Below are positions 36,291 to 51,330 of a stretch of 64,000 nucleotides of DNA, in pieces (position 1 is the first letter of the stretch; each line of letters starts with the position of its first letter). Both the position numbers and the translations under genes were made by a program. The DNA is taken from NCBI GenBank assembly GCA_030141605.1, contig JAQGDQ010002366.1, positions 70,660-134,659 on the forward strand, read 5' to 3'. The notes below the pieces were generated by a model, which was given only the letters and a program-made list of their open reading frames with translations, was not told where the DNA came from and did no database searches. Source of the stretch: Tubiluchus corallicola. Its lineage: Eukaryota; Animalia; Priapulida.

Positions 36291-37550
36291 TCATAGCGCA
36301 CAACAGAAATATTTATACCCTTAGTTTATAGACATTGTTTCTGTGCATTTATTAAAGAACCGTTTTGCAATATACACGTCACTTGGTGCTATAACACGTT
36401 AAGTTATTGCAATAGGTAAGTTAGAATTCTCATTTATCGAAGTGCATAAAGAAATTTCAGAAATTTTTAAAGTGAGTGGAAATCTTATTTTAGTTGAAAA
36501 TGATGCCAAAGTATTTCACTAAACGATTCGTTTCCAAAATTGGGTATTTAAGAATCGGAGTCATAGATGCCATCTTGGATTTCTGTCAAATGCAAAGTCG
36601 AATATTCATGATCCTTTATTTGCTGCTCTACATTAAATATTGGGGCGGAACTGTGGTTATTTAAAGAGTTTCCTCATTTTCAATAGCGAATTTGACCTCT
36701 AGGCCTCTGGCAGCCCACAAAGGTAAAATCTGATTTCTCTCTACATCTAAATTAAAACGCTGTGAATTCGCTTGTCTATGTTAGAAATGTTAGAAATTTC
36801 ATAATTTTCTTAAAAAGTGCATAATTTTTATGTTTATGTGCTGTAATAAAACTTCTTTTCATTTATTCATTTCTCTGAAGATTCTCTGTAACTGTCGTGA
36901 TACGGCGGTATCATCCCGCCAACAAAACCTGATTGTTAGTACGTCGTCGTCGTCATCAAGACGTTAACAGCATCATCAACTCACGTTATATAATTCATTT
37001 CAAAGTTTTGATTTAAAATGACACCATCGAAAATAATTATAATTTAGGAACCAAAGATACAAATGTTTCTAGAATAATATCAGGGAAAATGATAAGTTAC
37101 ATTATAGCCTAATGTCGAATATTTGATAGTGAGATATTCCCACTCAATTATTTAACATTCGTTAGATTCTCGCTTGCAACAGCAGTACTGTACGAAGCAA
37201 AACTTTACAAAGATTATTATTAATTTTAGTCGTGAATTAAGACTAAATCACTATATAGAGTCATTTTCGTAGCAGATTTGCTGCTTTAGTGCCTACAGTG
37301 GTTAACATGCTAGTGGGCTCTACCTTTATATAAATTATTCCAAGATATATAATAAACTTCGTACTTTTATATGATTGAAGACATACAAACCGTCTACACA
37401 AGATGACAAGCAGGTGCTTCTTGCTTCGTTTTTACATGATTAAGTGTTTCACATGCGCGCACATTTCTGCCACCAATTTGACGATCCATACTGCGCTGTG
37501 GATTGTATCATGGAGCAAGTGAGATCTGCCATGCATTCATAATGCGCATG

Positions 37551-37760
<210 letters not shown>

Positions 37761-39811
37761 TTTATTTAAAAACAAATATATACAAATGCAGGGATTTGGT
37801 TTAAATACCTACATGTAAATAAAATTCGCATATATTAACACATCACAGATATACAGTTACACATGCATGTTACACAGAAGCACGCGGCAATAATTTAAAA
37901 GTAACAATCCTGACTGACATAAACGACATTAATACAGACAACAATTTTAATGTTGTTTATACAATTTTATAGGCATAATTTGTTAAACGGAAATTTCAAT
38001 ACATAGCTACAGAATTACATGGAGAATAGATTGCCAGAAGCCAAACACAGACACATGAATCAATCAATAATTTAAATTGAACAAACCTTACATACACAAT
38101 TAGGTCAGATATCAAATTCATTTCATTTGTAAAAGACGGGTATTTCATAAGACGACACTACATTTCACAGATACCGAATTTTAGATCTACAGATAGACTA
38201 TAGATAACATATTAGATATTTCACTGATGTAATGACAAAATAGTTTTAAGCTTGTATTTATATTATAAAGGTGACGCTTGAGTCAATTTAATTTAACAAA
38301 GCTGACTAACGTACAAGGACTACAACATTAACACAAGTCGTAATTTCAATTACCAGGTCAGAGATGAGATGAAATTGTCAGTAGTTAAGTTAGCAAAAAC
38401 AGCAACAGAATTATTATTTCTACTAGAAAAAACATAATCTGCGTCTAAAATTGGCAAAGAGTTGATAAAATCATTTCTTAATCTTTGATCAAATAACTTG
38501 CAATCAAATAGCAGGTAAGGAATAATTTGAAGACTCTTTACAATTACATAAGTTGTCAGGACAAAATCAAGTTTAAAGTAAAGCATTTTTAAAATTTCCT
38601 AGCTTAAGTTACACACTTAGTGCTGATACTTCTAGCCGCCTTTTTTTCACTGCAACTGAGATCTTAATTGGTGTATTGAAGATTCGTTCAGGGCTTACAC
38701 CAGTATTCGTACATTGATACTTGTGGCGACATCTATGACTAGTCGACATAAGTACATTACAATTTAACTATATTACCGTAGAATCCATAGATGATGGCAA
38801 AGAGGCTAAGTTAGCATTACGCGAATTGTACTCTTTGCATTCTCCAGTTATCGCTAATAACTGACGAGCGAGGACCGCTATTTAGCACATATAACATTTT
38901 CACTACAAATTTTGCAGCAACACCCATTAAAGATAATATCAAGAGATGGCTATCCGCAAATTAATTCTAATTTGTCACAAGAGGGATAAAAATTGCAGCC
39001 CGTCTCTGTTTTCATGGCGTGTATGATATCCTCGAAATAGCTGTGTCAGCGCACCATCAACGCTGGTACACTGTATAAAATTAAGGGGTGCACTAGGGTT
39101 TTGAATAGTACTAGAATAGTACGAAGACAAAGATTATTATAAAGAACATATTTTTGTTTTATTGATATCCAACTATTCCAACCTTTTTCTTTACGCTATT
39201 TATTTGTTGCTAAAAAGACAGTTATTTGTGGTGATGCTTATTTATAGTGACACCTAGGACTTTACTGCTCCGTACATAATTTATGTTCTAGTTCCGGTCG
39301 CCAAGTTGGTATCTTGATTATTATTCCTGAGAGGTATCACTTCGGTTTTACCATGTGCGTAAGGATAAATTGGTGACACTTTCTATATCAGTCCTGTATG
39401 TCACAACATAACTGCGCTAATTGTATTACATTATTGTTAAATTTTCTGGAGGCGAGGATTGTGCCATCGTCTGCATATTTAAAAGTGTATCCACACCTGG
39501 GTTGACAAAAATTCTTTATACATGTTCGATACATTAAATAAAAAAAGCAAAGGTGAAATAACTAAGCCACGAAGCACCCTTATCTTGCAATCATAGTCGT
39601 ATGAAGTATAATCACCCAATTTAATGTACACCTTTCTCTTAAAAGGAAATAATGGATTAATCTAAGTATTCGCCTAAGATTACGACAGCATGAAGCCGGA
39701 AAACAAGACTGTCTAATCAAACACTATCAAAAGCACGTTGGAAGTCACAATAGATAGCAAGAGAGGGAATTTTGTTTAACTGATTTTCTTGGATAGTAGA
39801 TATTAATCGTA

Positions 39812-40940
39812 TGTGACGTCCGTGACGTCAGTCTGGAATATAAGAACTACCGACCAGCATTGCAACCCCTTCTAATATAGTATTCTAGTATGATTTTGTG
39901 TATGTCCCTTACTTAGGCTGCATTAATAGCTTAATTTAGCTAATTGCTTATGTTAATTAAATGAGTCATTAGTTAATTACTCATTAAGCGAATTTATCTA
40001 CTACAATAAAGCAAGTTGTGACTGTAAATATATGGGCATGCACCTAGTTAGCTCTGGGAAGGCTCCCACCTCATACCTGTCCTAGATCTCCTTTACAAGA
40101 AAGTAAGTGATTGGTCATACGCTCAACTGAACAGGCTATCTGGCAAATGAACCGTCGTGTTAAAGGACAAGGTCATCCAGTTTTACCTGTTCTAGAAATT
40201 GAAACCAGGTTCAACACAGTATGGCGAATGTGCTAGGCCAGTGAAGTCGTCGAATATGGCTTCCGACGAACATTTATTAACAATCGAAGTCAAGACTTAA
40301 TTACTGTGGTGACAGAAAGTAATTAAAGGGCACTGACACACCAAAGGATTAGGTGTTCGAGCCGTGAGGCGAAAACATCAATAAACTGGCTATTATTCGT
40401 TATTTGACGTACTGCTGTAAACGGAAATTCAGGAGATCTGGTGCAGAAACAACCAGGCGATGACCAGACGTTGTATCAATGGTGGTTCCACGAGCTCCGC
40501 GGGTCAGGACTCCACTGCACTCCACTAGGATGGGAGAAGTAACCACTTACGACTTCGGTACACCTGACAAGCGGCCACGTAAGATTCCACCCCCTGCTGA
40601 GCTTTGGAAGAGTAACTACTCAAGATTCCACAAAGTTCGCATAACCGGTTAGTCACGTTATTCCAGCTTCCAGAGTGATGGAGATCGTCAAACGTTGGAA
40701 TCCGACAGCTTCCGACTGCAGTCACTATAACTGATAAGTATACTTACCGTGCATCCTTCTCCCTCACCTGGGTTGGGGCTATCGGTAATATTAAAAACTG
40801 TTTTGTTTGCTTCTATTCGGTATACATGTCTGTGAACTATGCTTAAATGGAAAGGTTCACTGAACCCACGTGTCAGCACATATCAGAAATTAGTAGAAAC
40901 AAGTGTTTGTGGTGTCATAACGAAAGCGCCCTATATCACA
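39812..40940 (+). mobile_element. Putative LTR of about 1.1 kb followed by a PBS-like TGG
   Basis: Termini TGTGA...TCACA, internal AATAAA (about 40380), followed by GG-TGGTACACC. No TSD seen. Confidence 0.4.
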
Positions 40941-41373
40941 GGTGGTACACCACATATCAGATCGTACTAGGTAGCGCCCGAATTATGCCCTGGTAAGAAC
41001 TCTTCCTGTTCTTTGTCTATGAGCCCATTATCAAACATAAACTTTTTTAAACGGTTTGTAATCAGCAGTTCTGCCAACTTGCCAAAGTACGATGATACTG
41101 GTCTAAAGTTCCATGGGTCAGTATAGGATTATAATCTTTTTTAGTAAAAATTAATTTAGAGTAGAGCCATATCCAAGTACCTTACTTTATGCAAACAGTT
41201 GCAAACTGACTTTTCTCTGATTAATTACTTTAATGTGCAATTAAATCTAAAATCTTCCATCACAAGGCTGTTTTTAACTATGTATTTTTCTATCTATTTT
41301 TACCTATCTCCTATGCTGAACTTTTAATGTTTTTTATTTTTTCTTCTTTTATCCGCACACGCAGAGTGCTTAT

Positions 41374-41763
41374 TGTTGTAGAGATCCATTAGAATTGAAT
41401 AGAAAACTGTAGAATGTTATATAGTATAGTAGAACAATCTTTTTACCTAGTAGAAGCAATCGTAGATTCGAGAACTTTCTATACGGCTAATACGCGATGC
41501 ACGTAGTAGTTTCTAGATTGTTCTGGTGTTGTCCATTTGCACTGATATATAAGGTGGAGCTGGCCGCTCAAGTTTATTCTCACATTCTCAGATTAATCTC
41601 AGATTCTCAGCTTATCATATGCTATTTTCCTATCACTTGACTGTATATATTTTGCGTTCCTTCATACTTTGTGTTGTGGAATTCTCACACAGTAAACCTG
41701 TATAATTTGACAACATGTTTTCTTGTTTTCTCTGCGAGCCTTCCGAGAGAAAGAAACACAACA
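41374..41763 (+). mobile_element. Solo LTR (390 bp)
   Basis: TGTTG...CAACA termini; flanks CTTAT/ATTAT (5-bp TSD with one mismatch); TATATAAG box and AGTAAA poly(A)-like signal. Confidence 0.7.
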
Positions 41764-41899
41764 ATTATTCTCACTTTTTAAGCATCTGCTCTACACACTT
41801 TATTTTTTAAATTTTGATACGGTTTATGCCTAGTTCAATATGCATATAACAATTATGTTAACCCAATAAAGTGTAAAGCTATAAACCCAGTAGATAGGT

Positions 41900-42800
41900 A
41901 GAAATCTTAACTGCTGCACAGAAATGGTGGGCATATTGGGAAGATGTGAGTGACAGTTAGAGAAGCTTGTCACATACGTATAACCCAACATAGACAAAAA
42001 GAATTTTAACTCCTCCCACAGAAAGGGACAGAAGAAAGATCCAAGACAATAGTTACAGTAGAAGAAAGTGTGACTCGTCAACTATTGACAATCCAACATT
42101 AACAAAATCGTTTAGCTTAAACAATACTTTTATTTGATAAGAAACATTACAATCATCAGTACATTTATAATGAAAAAACAATGGGCAATTAATCAAATGC
42201 TGATTGGCTAACAGGTATAACCTATACAAAAGTCCTTCACTGAGTAATTACGTCATTTATAAGTTTAATAGGCATATGATTACAAGAACTACTCGTTATA
42301 CATAAACTAACTAACTCTTTGAGTATAATTAATTTGCCCAGTATGGTAGAATTCAGAGATTTTAATGAACTATTGTTTTAATAGTTGGTATAAATAGGGT
42401 AAAACAAAATCATTTTGCCCCCCCCCCTTCTCCCAAATGTCCGTCCAGGATTCAAGTAATTGCAATTATAGTGTTTGAAGACGGCAATTTTTGACTCTCT
42501 AAATGTCAAGTTTGTATATCAGGCGAAAAGTGACAATTATTGCGCAGTAGGCTGCAAAGATCATTCCATCTTCGATCGGGAGATAATCCAGGATGGTGAA
42601 TGTAGTAGGAGAACTAGCCAGCTCAATGCGAGAAATTACTGTGACCTGTAAACTGTTGACAATCCAACATTAAAAAATGTTTTACCACTTCCTGAGAGAG
42701 AGCAGATCCAGGATTCTAATAACTGAAAATATGAAGGGATGAAGCAGGAACTGTCCAGCAAAATATTAACTCTAGGTATTATGTGATAAGTGTCAACTTT
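41900..42800 (+). repeat. Dispersed repeat family fragments, also at about 63760-64000
   Basis: Shared motifs AATGGTGGGCATA.TGGGAA, TTGACAAT.CAACATT and TCCAGGATT at about 41922, 42085, 42445, 42656, 42707 and 63848-63990. Confidence 0.65.
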
Positions 42801-43117
42801 TGGGTGAAGATCTGTAATGACAATTAAATTATGGTTTTTTAATAAAAGTTGTGTTGTTTTAATAAATATATACATTTTAAGATATTCAGTAAAATTACAC
42901 ACTTTGTTATAAATGACGTTATAACGTTAAATCATTGAAAAGCATATAAGCATATTACTACGTAGATTATAAATTCACCTGTTAAACTGCCAGGGCTGGG
43001 TCCCCTGTACTCAAAGATGTTGGAAACCATATCTGTGCCCGAACCGCTAAGAAATTGGATGCGCCTGTCAGGTAGTCAAATCCTGTAAGACAGTGAAATC
43101 CACCCAGCAAAAACAAC

Positions 43118-43210
43118 ATGGCGCTGTATGGTGATGATGGTGTTTACAGCGAAACCGTGCAAACATTAGCTAGATCTTTAACAGCCATAAAAGACGTGGA
43201 ATGGGGAAAG
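43118..43210 (+). CDS. PI4KA: Phosphatidylinositol 4-kinase III alpha, exon 1
   Basis: aacATGG start; MALYGDDGVYSETVQTLARSLTAIKDVEWGK|GTATTT resembles the PI4KA N-terminus ([23 protein letters not shown]). Phase 0. Confidence 0.88.
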
Positions 43211-43379
43211 GTATTTATTGTGTGGGAGTGTTTGCAGCAAATTATTTTAAATAGAGGGAACGCAAAACGTCAATCAATTAGTGGAAGGGCAGCTCACGAT
43301 GGCTAATCACTTTAATTGACTGGCTATTCCACTTACTGGCGACCATCAACTTCTAAATGGCAATGTAATCGGTGGCGAT

Positions 43380-44850
43380 GGTAACTGAGACTATAAGGTT
43401 GGACTTGTTTGTGTTGTGTCACTCAGGCTTCTTCAAGAACTCCTCCAAGTGGCTCTTGAAAGCGTTTACACTGGTAGATTTCGCTGCTTCCTCCGTTAAC
43501 TGGTTCCAGACATTAATAATCTTTTGGCTAAAATTGCATTTCCTAAGATCAAGTCTAGACGCTCTCTTCACTAATCTTTAGAGTGACCTCTTGTTCTACT
43601 GTCATCACTTACAGTTAAAAAAGTCGTTACATTCCAGACTTTCGAATCCATCCACAATTCTAAAAATTTCAGCCAGATTCTGCTTTGAGTTGACGGTGTT
43701 CTAGGGGCATCAATCTGCATCTTTTCCTCTTCTGTTCATATGTTAACTCTTGCAAAACTAGGACACTCAATCAACTTTATAGCTCTCTTCTATACACCTT
43801 TAAGCAACCTAATATCTTTCACCGTATTGGGTCTCCATGCCTGCATGCAAGTGTGGTATAACAAAACTTTTGCACAGTTTCACAATTACATCTTTGTCTG
43901 TGTTACTAAAAGACATTTTTATTATGCCCAAGTTTCTGTTAGCCTTCCTGACTGCTTCCGCATATTAACTGCACGACGTTTATTAACAACCAAACGTTGT
44001 CTTCCTCCATACAACCACTGCTCAATCCATTTCAGCACCCATCAATCAATACTTGACATTTTCAATTTCAACAGCAGATGTTTGTGGGACCCTTATCAAA
44101 TGACTTGAGAAAATCTAAATGAATAGCGTCAACTGGTTTACCATTATCAACTACCTGAGCAACTTTTTCCAAAAAATACAATATAATAATAAGACATGGT
44201 CAACCCTTGATAAAACTATGCTGAGAACCCCTAATAAGATTGTTATTTTCCAAGTGCTCAGTGATGTGCTCTTTTATAATAGATTCCATCACCTTATTAA
44301 CAAGGGATGTTAAGCTGACAGGTCTATAATTCTTCACAAATTGCTTTTTTCCCTTTTAAACAGAGGTGTAACATTGGCCAGTCTCCAATCATCAGGTACA
44401 TTTGCCTCACAAAATGATTTGCTGAACAAATAACTAAGAGGTTTTTGCTAAAATCGATGCCATCTCCTTCAAAATAGCTGGATTTATTTCATCTGTGCCT
44501 GAAGCGTTTTCTGGTTTCAATTTACTTAAGTCCCTTCAACAATCTCAGGAGTATAATCAGTGGACTTTAATTTAGTTTCTTCACTGCCTGTAAATATTTG
44601 CCTAGGAGTAGGAAAGTTATTGCAGTCCTCATACATAAACACAGATAAAAAATACTCATTTAACATGGTTTAAGCTTGTAAATCATCCTCCACAGTGCTA
44701 CCATTCTCATCGACCAATGGCAAACCATATCCTTTACCTTCAGCTTATTCTTGGCCCTCTTAGCTATTCTTCTTTCGTATTTTTTTCTAGCTTCTCTGAT
44801 TTCTTCAGTCAATTTATTTCTTGCTCTTCTGTATGTCTTAAAGGACAAGA
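43380..44850 (-). mobile_element. CR1-like LINE remnant in PI4KA intron 1 (antisense)
   Basis: Minus-strand SRLDLRKCNFSQKIINVWNQLTEEAAKSTSVNAFKSHLEEF (CR1 C-terminus), VPDDWRLANVTPLFKR and YRPVSLTS motifs. Confidence 0.8.
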
Positions 44851-45989
44851 AAAGGGGTCTGTAAACTAGGTTTCAGAAAAATCGACTTAAAAAATTGTAT
44901 TACTTTATAGCAATCTTAAGCGTATATCATACTCACGCTAAAAGAAACTCCCTGTAACTAAGATAGCTATGGCGGGTTGAGTTGCAAATTATTATTAAAG
45001 ACTACCGATTCACCAGATGGCAGCGAAGAAATACTAGGGCTTAAATGTAGGACCTAAAAGCGTATACACAAATCTTTTAAAAGCCTTGTTTCCCTTACTG
45101 ATACATAGGGCCTAAAAATATGTTTGCTTCCGGTTTGCTGTCATTCGGCACTATAGGGGTAGGTAGGAGTAATATTTTTTTCACGTGACAGTGTCGGTGT
45201 GAATATACCAGATTGTCTAACTGATTATCACATCTTATTTCGATTAGTTCACCAGTTTTTTACATAAATACATATGTATTTAAAAGTGTAATTTTATTAA
45301 AAAATAGTTTCTAACTAATTAATAAGAGATAAATATAAACACGTCACTGTAGCATCACTACCACTTGCCATCGCCACTCTCATCATCAAATCATTCACAT
45401 TTACTTGCTTACTTGCTGCCCCCACCAGGTGGCAAGTACTTATGGTAAGTACTAATTTACGAGGTGAATTTGCAATCTAAAGGCAAAAGTAGCAGTACTA
45501 CATTGATGAACTAGGGACAATATTTTGCATTACATAGGCGAATCAATTTCTTACGTTCCTGATCTCAACAATTTCTGTTTGTTGGCCATTTGAAAAGTGC
45601 TAGTTAAGAAACCATGTCTGCCAGATTGCATGCTGCCTAGCAGCACAGAGTCCCAAACTCCCTTTTACTTTACATTTACTTTCACTGTTGCCTCAAGGTT
45701 CCTGGTGTGAATCTCGATAGACTCACGTTTTTTCAGAACCTTCCTCTCTAAATGTAACTACTAATTTTACTTTTACACAAATTCAAAATTTCTGATTAAA
45801 AATTGATCAATAGGTCTGATTAAATATTGTTACCAGTCTTCTCTAAAAATGGAAAAATGTATTCTCATTTAACATCTTACTTTGCAGAATTTAACTTTCT
45901 AAACTCACGGCAATTTGGTTTTCAAAGTGGAAGTTCAACTGGCTTTGCTCTCTCATCCATATAGTCAATAACATTATAAACAAAATATA

Positions 45990-47050
45990 GTTAGGAATAT
46001 TCTGTGGCCGTCAAAAACATTTGGCACGTAGATAAATTTAAAAAAATTGCAGGGGAATAGGTGTCAGAGGAATAACAAAGACCTGGTATGAAAGCTACTT
46101 TAACACACACAAATGGTGAAATCCAACAATCATATGCCAGAAATTGAATACGGGTTAGTATTAGTATTAGGCCTGGTACTTTCCCGTATTTACATAATGC
46201 TAAAGATAAGGTAAACATATTCCAGTTTACTGATGACACAAACTTGTTTTTCAATGGGATAAAGCTTATTACTGACATCATCAGGCTAAACAATATCCTA
46301 AACAAAGTTTCAGTCTGGTTCAAAACAAATAAATTAGCTTTAACTCCTAGCAAAACCAAACGTATTTTGTGTAGATCGTGAAACAAAACTTTACTTTAGA
46401 TGTCAATTATAGAATGAATAATGAAATTATAGAAAAAAAGAAGCAAAATGAAATTGTTGGGAGTTATTTATGAACTTTTAAATTCAGGGCCCTATATTAA
46501 AACAGTACAAACAAAGATCAGAAAGAATATACGAACAACAACACACACAAAATATCAATTAGCTTATCTGTTGCTATTGTCATTTTACAATTGCCTTATC
46601 TTACCGTATTTCAACTGTTGCAATATAGTTTGGGATTTGACTTATAAAACAAAGCTAAACAAGTTTAGATAACTACCAAAAAGAATCCATAAGAGTACTA
46701 TATTCCATAAACAAAATGGAATACACCAATGACATGCTTTTCAGGCAGCAAAATTATTCAACTAGATGACCTTATTATAGCTTACATTATGTGTACATAC
46801 AAAACCAACAACAAACTTTTTCGTAACTTCTACACTAACCCCGTTACACTAAGTGACAGAAGATACTACACAAGAAATAATGAATATAATGTACCTTACT
46901 GGAGGGCAGACACAGCCAGATTATTTGTCATGTTCTAGGGACCACTTACTTGGAACAGGTTGGACAATACCATGAAATCACTGTTCTCTTGTGAACTTTA
47001 AGAAGGATTTAAAAAATTACAGATAATTACAAATAAACTAAATAAATTAA
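45990..47050 (+). mobile_element. LINE RT/C-terminal remnant
   Basis: NIFQFTDDTNLFFNG (FADD-like), VSVWFKTNKLALTPSKTK, FYNCLILPYFNCCNIVW. Confidence 0.7.
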
Positions 47051-47931
47051 CTTTTTAAAACAGCTCAGTATATTCCCCATACTATAATTCATAGCATAGT
47101 TAGTGTATAATATTATAATAATGGTTAGTATAATATTATTTGGTACTAGAACACTGACGTTAAAGTTCATGTAAATAAGTGTACAGTGTTGCTGGCATTT
47201 AACATAATTATTTTGTAGTCAGCCATATTTTCTGTTTTCCTTGTTTCCTATTTTTTTCTTTTCCCTATCCTGTACTAACCACATCTTTGGCCATTGCTTA
47301 CCTCTATTTGACCTTTTGAGTCTCCCGTTAAGTTAGGCTTTAGGAGGACTTGTAACACAACACATTATCGTAACTTTCTTTGCTCATAAAATTTACATTA
47401 TTTTCTACTATAATATTGACTCTGTTATGTGTTGCATTATGTGGAATAGACGAACCTTGAATTGTTAAATGTAATAAAAATCATCTAAAATCTTATTGCG
47501 TGATTCGGTGGTAGCGGTAGTGGTAATAAGATTTTATTTTTAGTCAGGTTAGTACTAATTGTACAATAAAAAACATTAGTTATAATAGCTGTTTGTATTG
47601 AAAACACTATGAAACTCTGTACATGTATGTCATAACATTTGATCATTATTATTTATTATACATTGCACCCATCATCCCTGCAAAGGTAGCAGATTCAGAC
47701 TAACTTAAAATTACACAGCCTATGAAACTGACAATTCAAATTATAACAAAGAAAGTTATAAGCATAAATTATCCCTAACATTACCAATGTCATTATCCTT
47801 GGAATCCGAAGCACTTAGATTTGGTTATCTTTTGGTAATCACTTAACCTGTTTTTTGCATAATTTGTAATAATTTGCTATGTTTCTTTGACAATCAGTTA
47901 TTGTTAACTATAATTTTTATTTTTTTGACAG

Positions 47932-48051
47932 GTAGCACGATTACTTGCAATGTGTCCGCAAAAAAATTCTCTAGGTGTTTTTGTGATTACATTGAGATCT
48001 CAACAAGCAGTCGTAGCTCTTGGTGTATATCTGCTAGAATCAAATTTACAG
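47932..48051 (+). CDS. PI4KA: PI4KA exon 2
   Basis: ttttgacAG|VARLLAMCPQKNSLGVFVITLRSQQAVVALGVYLLESNLQ|GTAGGT; 120 nt, phase 0/0. Resembles VQKLLCMCP...DAVIALGIFLIESDLQ. Confidence 0.92.
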
Positions 48052-49234
48052 GTAGGTATAATGTTTACTAAAACTGTGTTTTGAAAGTCAAACTGAAAAA
48101 TGCTGTTTTGTTAAGATTCTGCTACACAGCAGAGTATTCTTGATTTAGCTGAGCTTGGTTTTAATTTCTTTATTCGTATTGCTTTTTTGCTTCTTTAATA
48201 CGTTGCAAATGCACAGACATGCTTCACATGCATGGGGTTTATGTTCATATGTAAACATGTGACCCAGTACATCGGAACAAAAGTCATGGAATAGGAGGAT
48301 CTTGGTTAAGCTAGTTCTCTTCTGCGCTTTTGTCACGATTTTTGATATGTGACTAGATGGGGTCAAGTTTTTGCTTATAGCTGAGTATGGGTGCATATGG
48401 GAAAATTTTTTGAGCCAAAATCGGCACCTTTGGTAAGGCACAGAAATTATTTCCAAGTTGAGCAAGAGTAGCTGGTAGTAGTTTATCAGTATAATTGAAA
48501 GGTCTCGCCCTAACACAAACTTAGGGGTTGATCCGAGATTGGCTGATGGGAAATGATTAACAGGGTCATAGGTATAATGACAAGTTCCGACTTCTTTGAA
48601 TTTAAAATGCAATTTGTTGATAATCAAGGATAGCAAATTCAAGATGAAGCAATATTACTACCAATAAACAAATTTTTAAGGTCATTTCAGTGTCAGTTAA
48701 GAAATAATAGGTTTCGTGAAGTGAAGTGCAATTCCTAGATATTCAGGCATTGTTAATACACCAAATTCAATGAAAGAAAAAATTTTGATTTTCAAAGAAA
48801 AAGTTGATGGCAATAAATATTTGAAGATGAAGTTATCGGGGTAACGTATTTCTTTGAGATTAAGCACAATACTTATTTAGTCAAGTATGGCCAATTCAAA
48901 GAAAGTTGGAGAAAAGGAAAGTTGTGACCCTGATTTGTACAATTGAACGACATCTAGCACAAAATTGGGTACATACATGTTCAAATGTGTTCTTATTTTG
49001 AAATTGGAAAGTGAGAGAACAGGACAGAGGGAGAGTGGGGGAGGACAGAGAGAGATACTTTTTTATGATTGAAAAAAATTATTATTATAAAATTACAATG
49101 TTCAGTTATTTTGCTGTGGAAACAAAATACTCATTTAGCATTGATGTTAAAATGTTTGAGCAACAATGAATGCTTCATTCATGAAAATGTACTTTTCAGT
49201 AGTGTTCATTTGCAATGTTCATTTGCCTTTTCAG

Positions 49235-49328
49235 CACAAAGATCACATTGTCCCATATTTGTTGAGCTTGCTACTGGGTCTTTTAAAGGCACACTGGGTT
49301 GAAGAACATTTACCACAATCACAGGACA
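49235..49328 (+). CDS. PI4KA: PI4KA exon 3
   Basis: cttttcAG|HKDHIVPYLLSLLLGLLKAHWVEEHLPQSQD+1 nt|GTATGT; 94 nt. Resembles [24 protein letters not shown]. Confidence 0.92.
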
Positions 49329-50679
49329 GTATGTATTACAGTGTAATAACATTTCATCTCTTTTCTTATGTTGTATTCTGTGAAAAGAAGAGAGACTACT
49401 TAGCTCTGAAATATTTGTTTTGTTATGCTGTATGAATTTTACTTCATCTCCCGTGTTTTCTGTGAAAAGAAAAGAGACTATTTAGTTTTGTTGCACGTCT
49501 TTTACAGTGTTTATAGCAATTTTAAAGTACACATTCACTCATAGTTAATATACAGTTAATTTTAGATTTTTATAATTAATTTTTGTATAGATTACTCAGT
49601 TATCTATCCATTAAGCAAGACATGCCATGCTTTAACGTTATTTAAGGAGTATGAAAAGGGAATTTTAAAGCTTACATACTTTATATTGCTTTGCACTACT
49701 GTTACCTGTTTGAAAGATCACATGCGCCTGAAAAAGGAAATTCTATATATTGTAAAATATTTGTAACAGCAGCTAAAACATCACTGTTTCACTATTCTAG
49801 TGTGCACCAAAACCATCATTGGTTCACCAATAAACATATTAACATATTAATTTTTTTAACCTAACTCAAATGATAAAGTAATTTATACTTTTGCTTAGTA
49901 AGAGAAGTGTGAGCTACAAATGTTCTAATTATATTTTGGACTTTGTTTAAACTTGTTTCCAATGAACGTAAGTTGAGGGAGTTTCAATTTTCTGTAGCGT
50001 TACTGTTAAGACAAGTTCTGCCTGCCATAAAACAGCTTGTAGGTGATTCAAAATTTCAAGATAATTTTTATATAAGAATAGTGCTTTTTAATAACCTATT
50101 AATAGCCACACATCTGTATTGCCAAAGTCATAGCTGTTCCTAGAGTGGCATTTATCAATAAAAATAACAAGGTTATTATGTGTAAAATCATACTTGAAAA
50201 AATATGCTGTTAAAAATTTTTAATTAGAAGGGTCTTATTTAAACATTATAGTTTTTTAATAGTCATTTTCATAACAAAGAGGCACACTTGTTCCTTTCAT
50301 TGTGTTCCACGCATTTGACTTGTCATTAGATCTATGCAAGTGTTTGAGCTGGCGTCTGAGAAATTAAGTAGATAAGGTAAGCTTCATCAAGTATGTACAA
50401 TATTGTACATGTAGTTATGGTTTTGTCATATAATACATGTCCAGTTGTCCAGTAGGTATTCGTAGATAGTGTAATAAAAAATGTGTGGGGATTAAAAATA
50501 TTATAGTAGTAGTAGGATGTGCTGCTAAAATATGTCCAGAACTACTGACAATTTCTTTTAGTAAATTAAATATACTTAGTTAAATGGGTTCATGATGACT
50601 TTATGACAGATTATTCAGCACGTCGATCACCTTGCCTTAACCATTCTCAAGAATACATACAGATTTAATCTAAATTGAA

Positions 50680-51330
50680 TACATTATAATATTAGTTAGA
50701 GAAGCTCCATCAGTGGTCTAAGGACTATCGTAAGCAGATAAACTGATATTACTATTGCTGATAAACAGAAACAAAGCTCCTTCCAATATACATTGCAGAT
50801 GTACCACTAACAATGGTCAGCTCACATGAATATCTTGGAGTTATAATAAATCAAAATCTCTGTTGAAATGACCACACTGATAGGATTCTGTCTAAAGAAA
50901 CATCACTTTGGATCCATTAGGTAGAATGTTTACTGATCTGAGGAAGTAAACCAGACTGCTTATTACACATTAGTCAACATACACTAATAGACACCTAGGC
51001 AGGAATATGCTGTTGTGCATGGAGCCTTTATACCCAATATAATATCATCAACTTGGAGAAGGTTCAGCATCAAGCAGCACTTTGGAGAATAGACGGCCAC
51101 TTTACCAAGCCACAATGTTTTATAAAATTCAGCATGAACTGTTGACTATGCCCTCTCCTGTAAGCAGATCCTTCTTATGCACCCATTCATGCCATCAGTA
51201 CAAATATGTCCAAGTCCCATCAAGTCCTTTTATCCTCGTACAATCAGGATCTAGAACAGATTTCCAACCAAAGCAGTAAATGCTAGTTTTACTGAAACAT
51301 TTTGGCAGGTGATACTTGATCTCATCAGAG
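50680..51330 (+). mobile_element. LINE C-terminal remnant
   Basis: VSSHEYLGVIINQNLC*NDH, TAYYTLV and YNIINLEKVQHQAA motifs. Confidence 0.65.
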
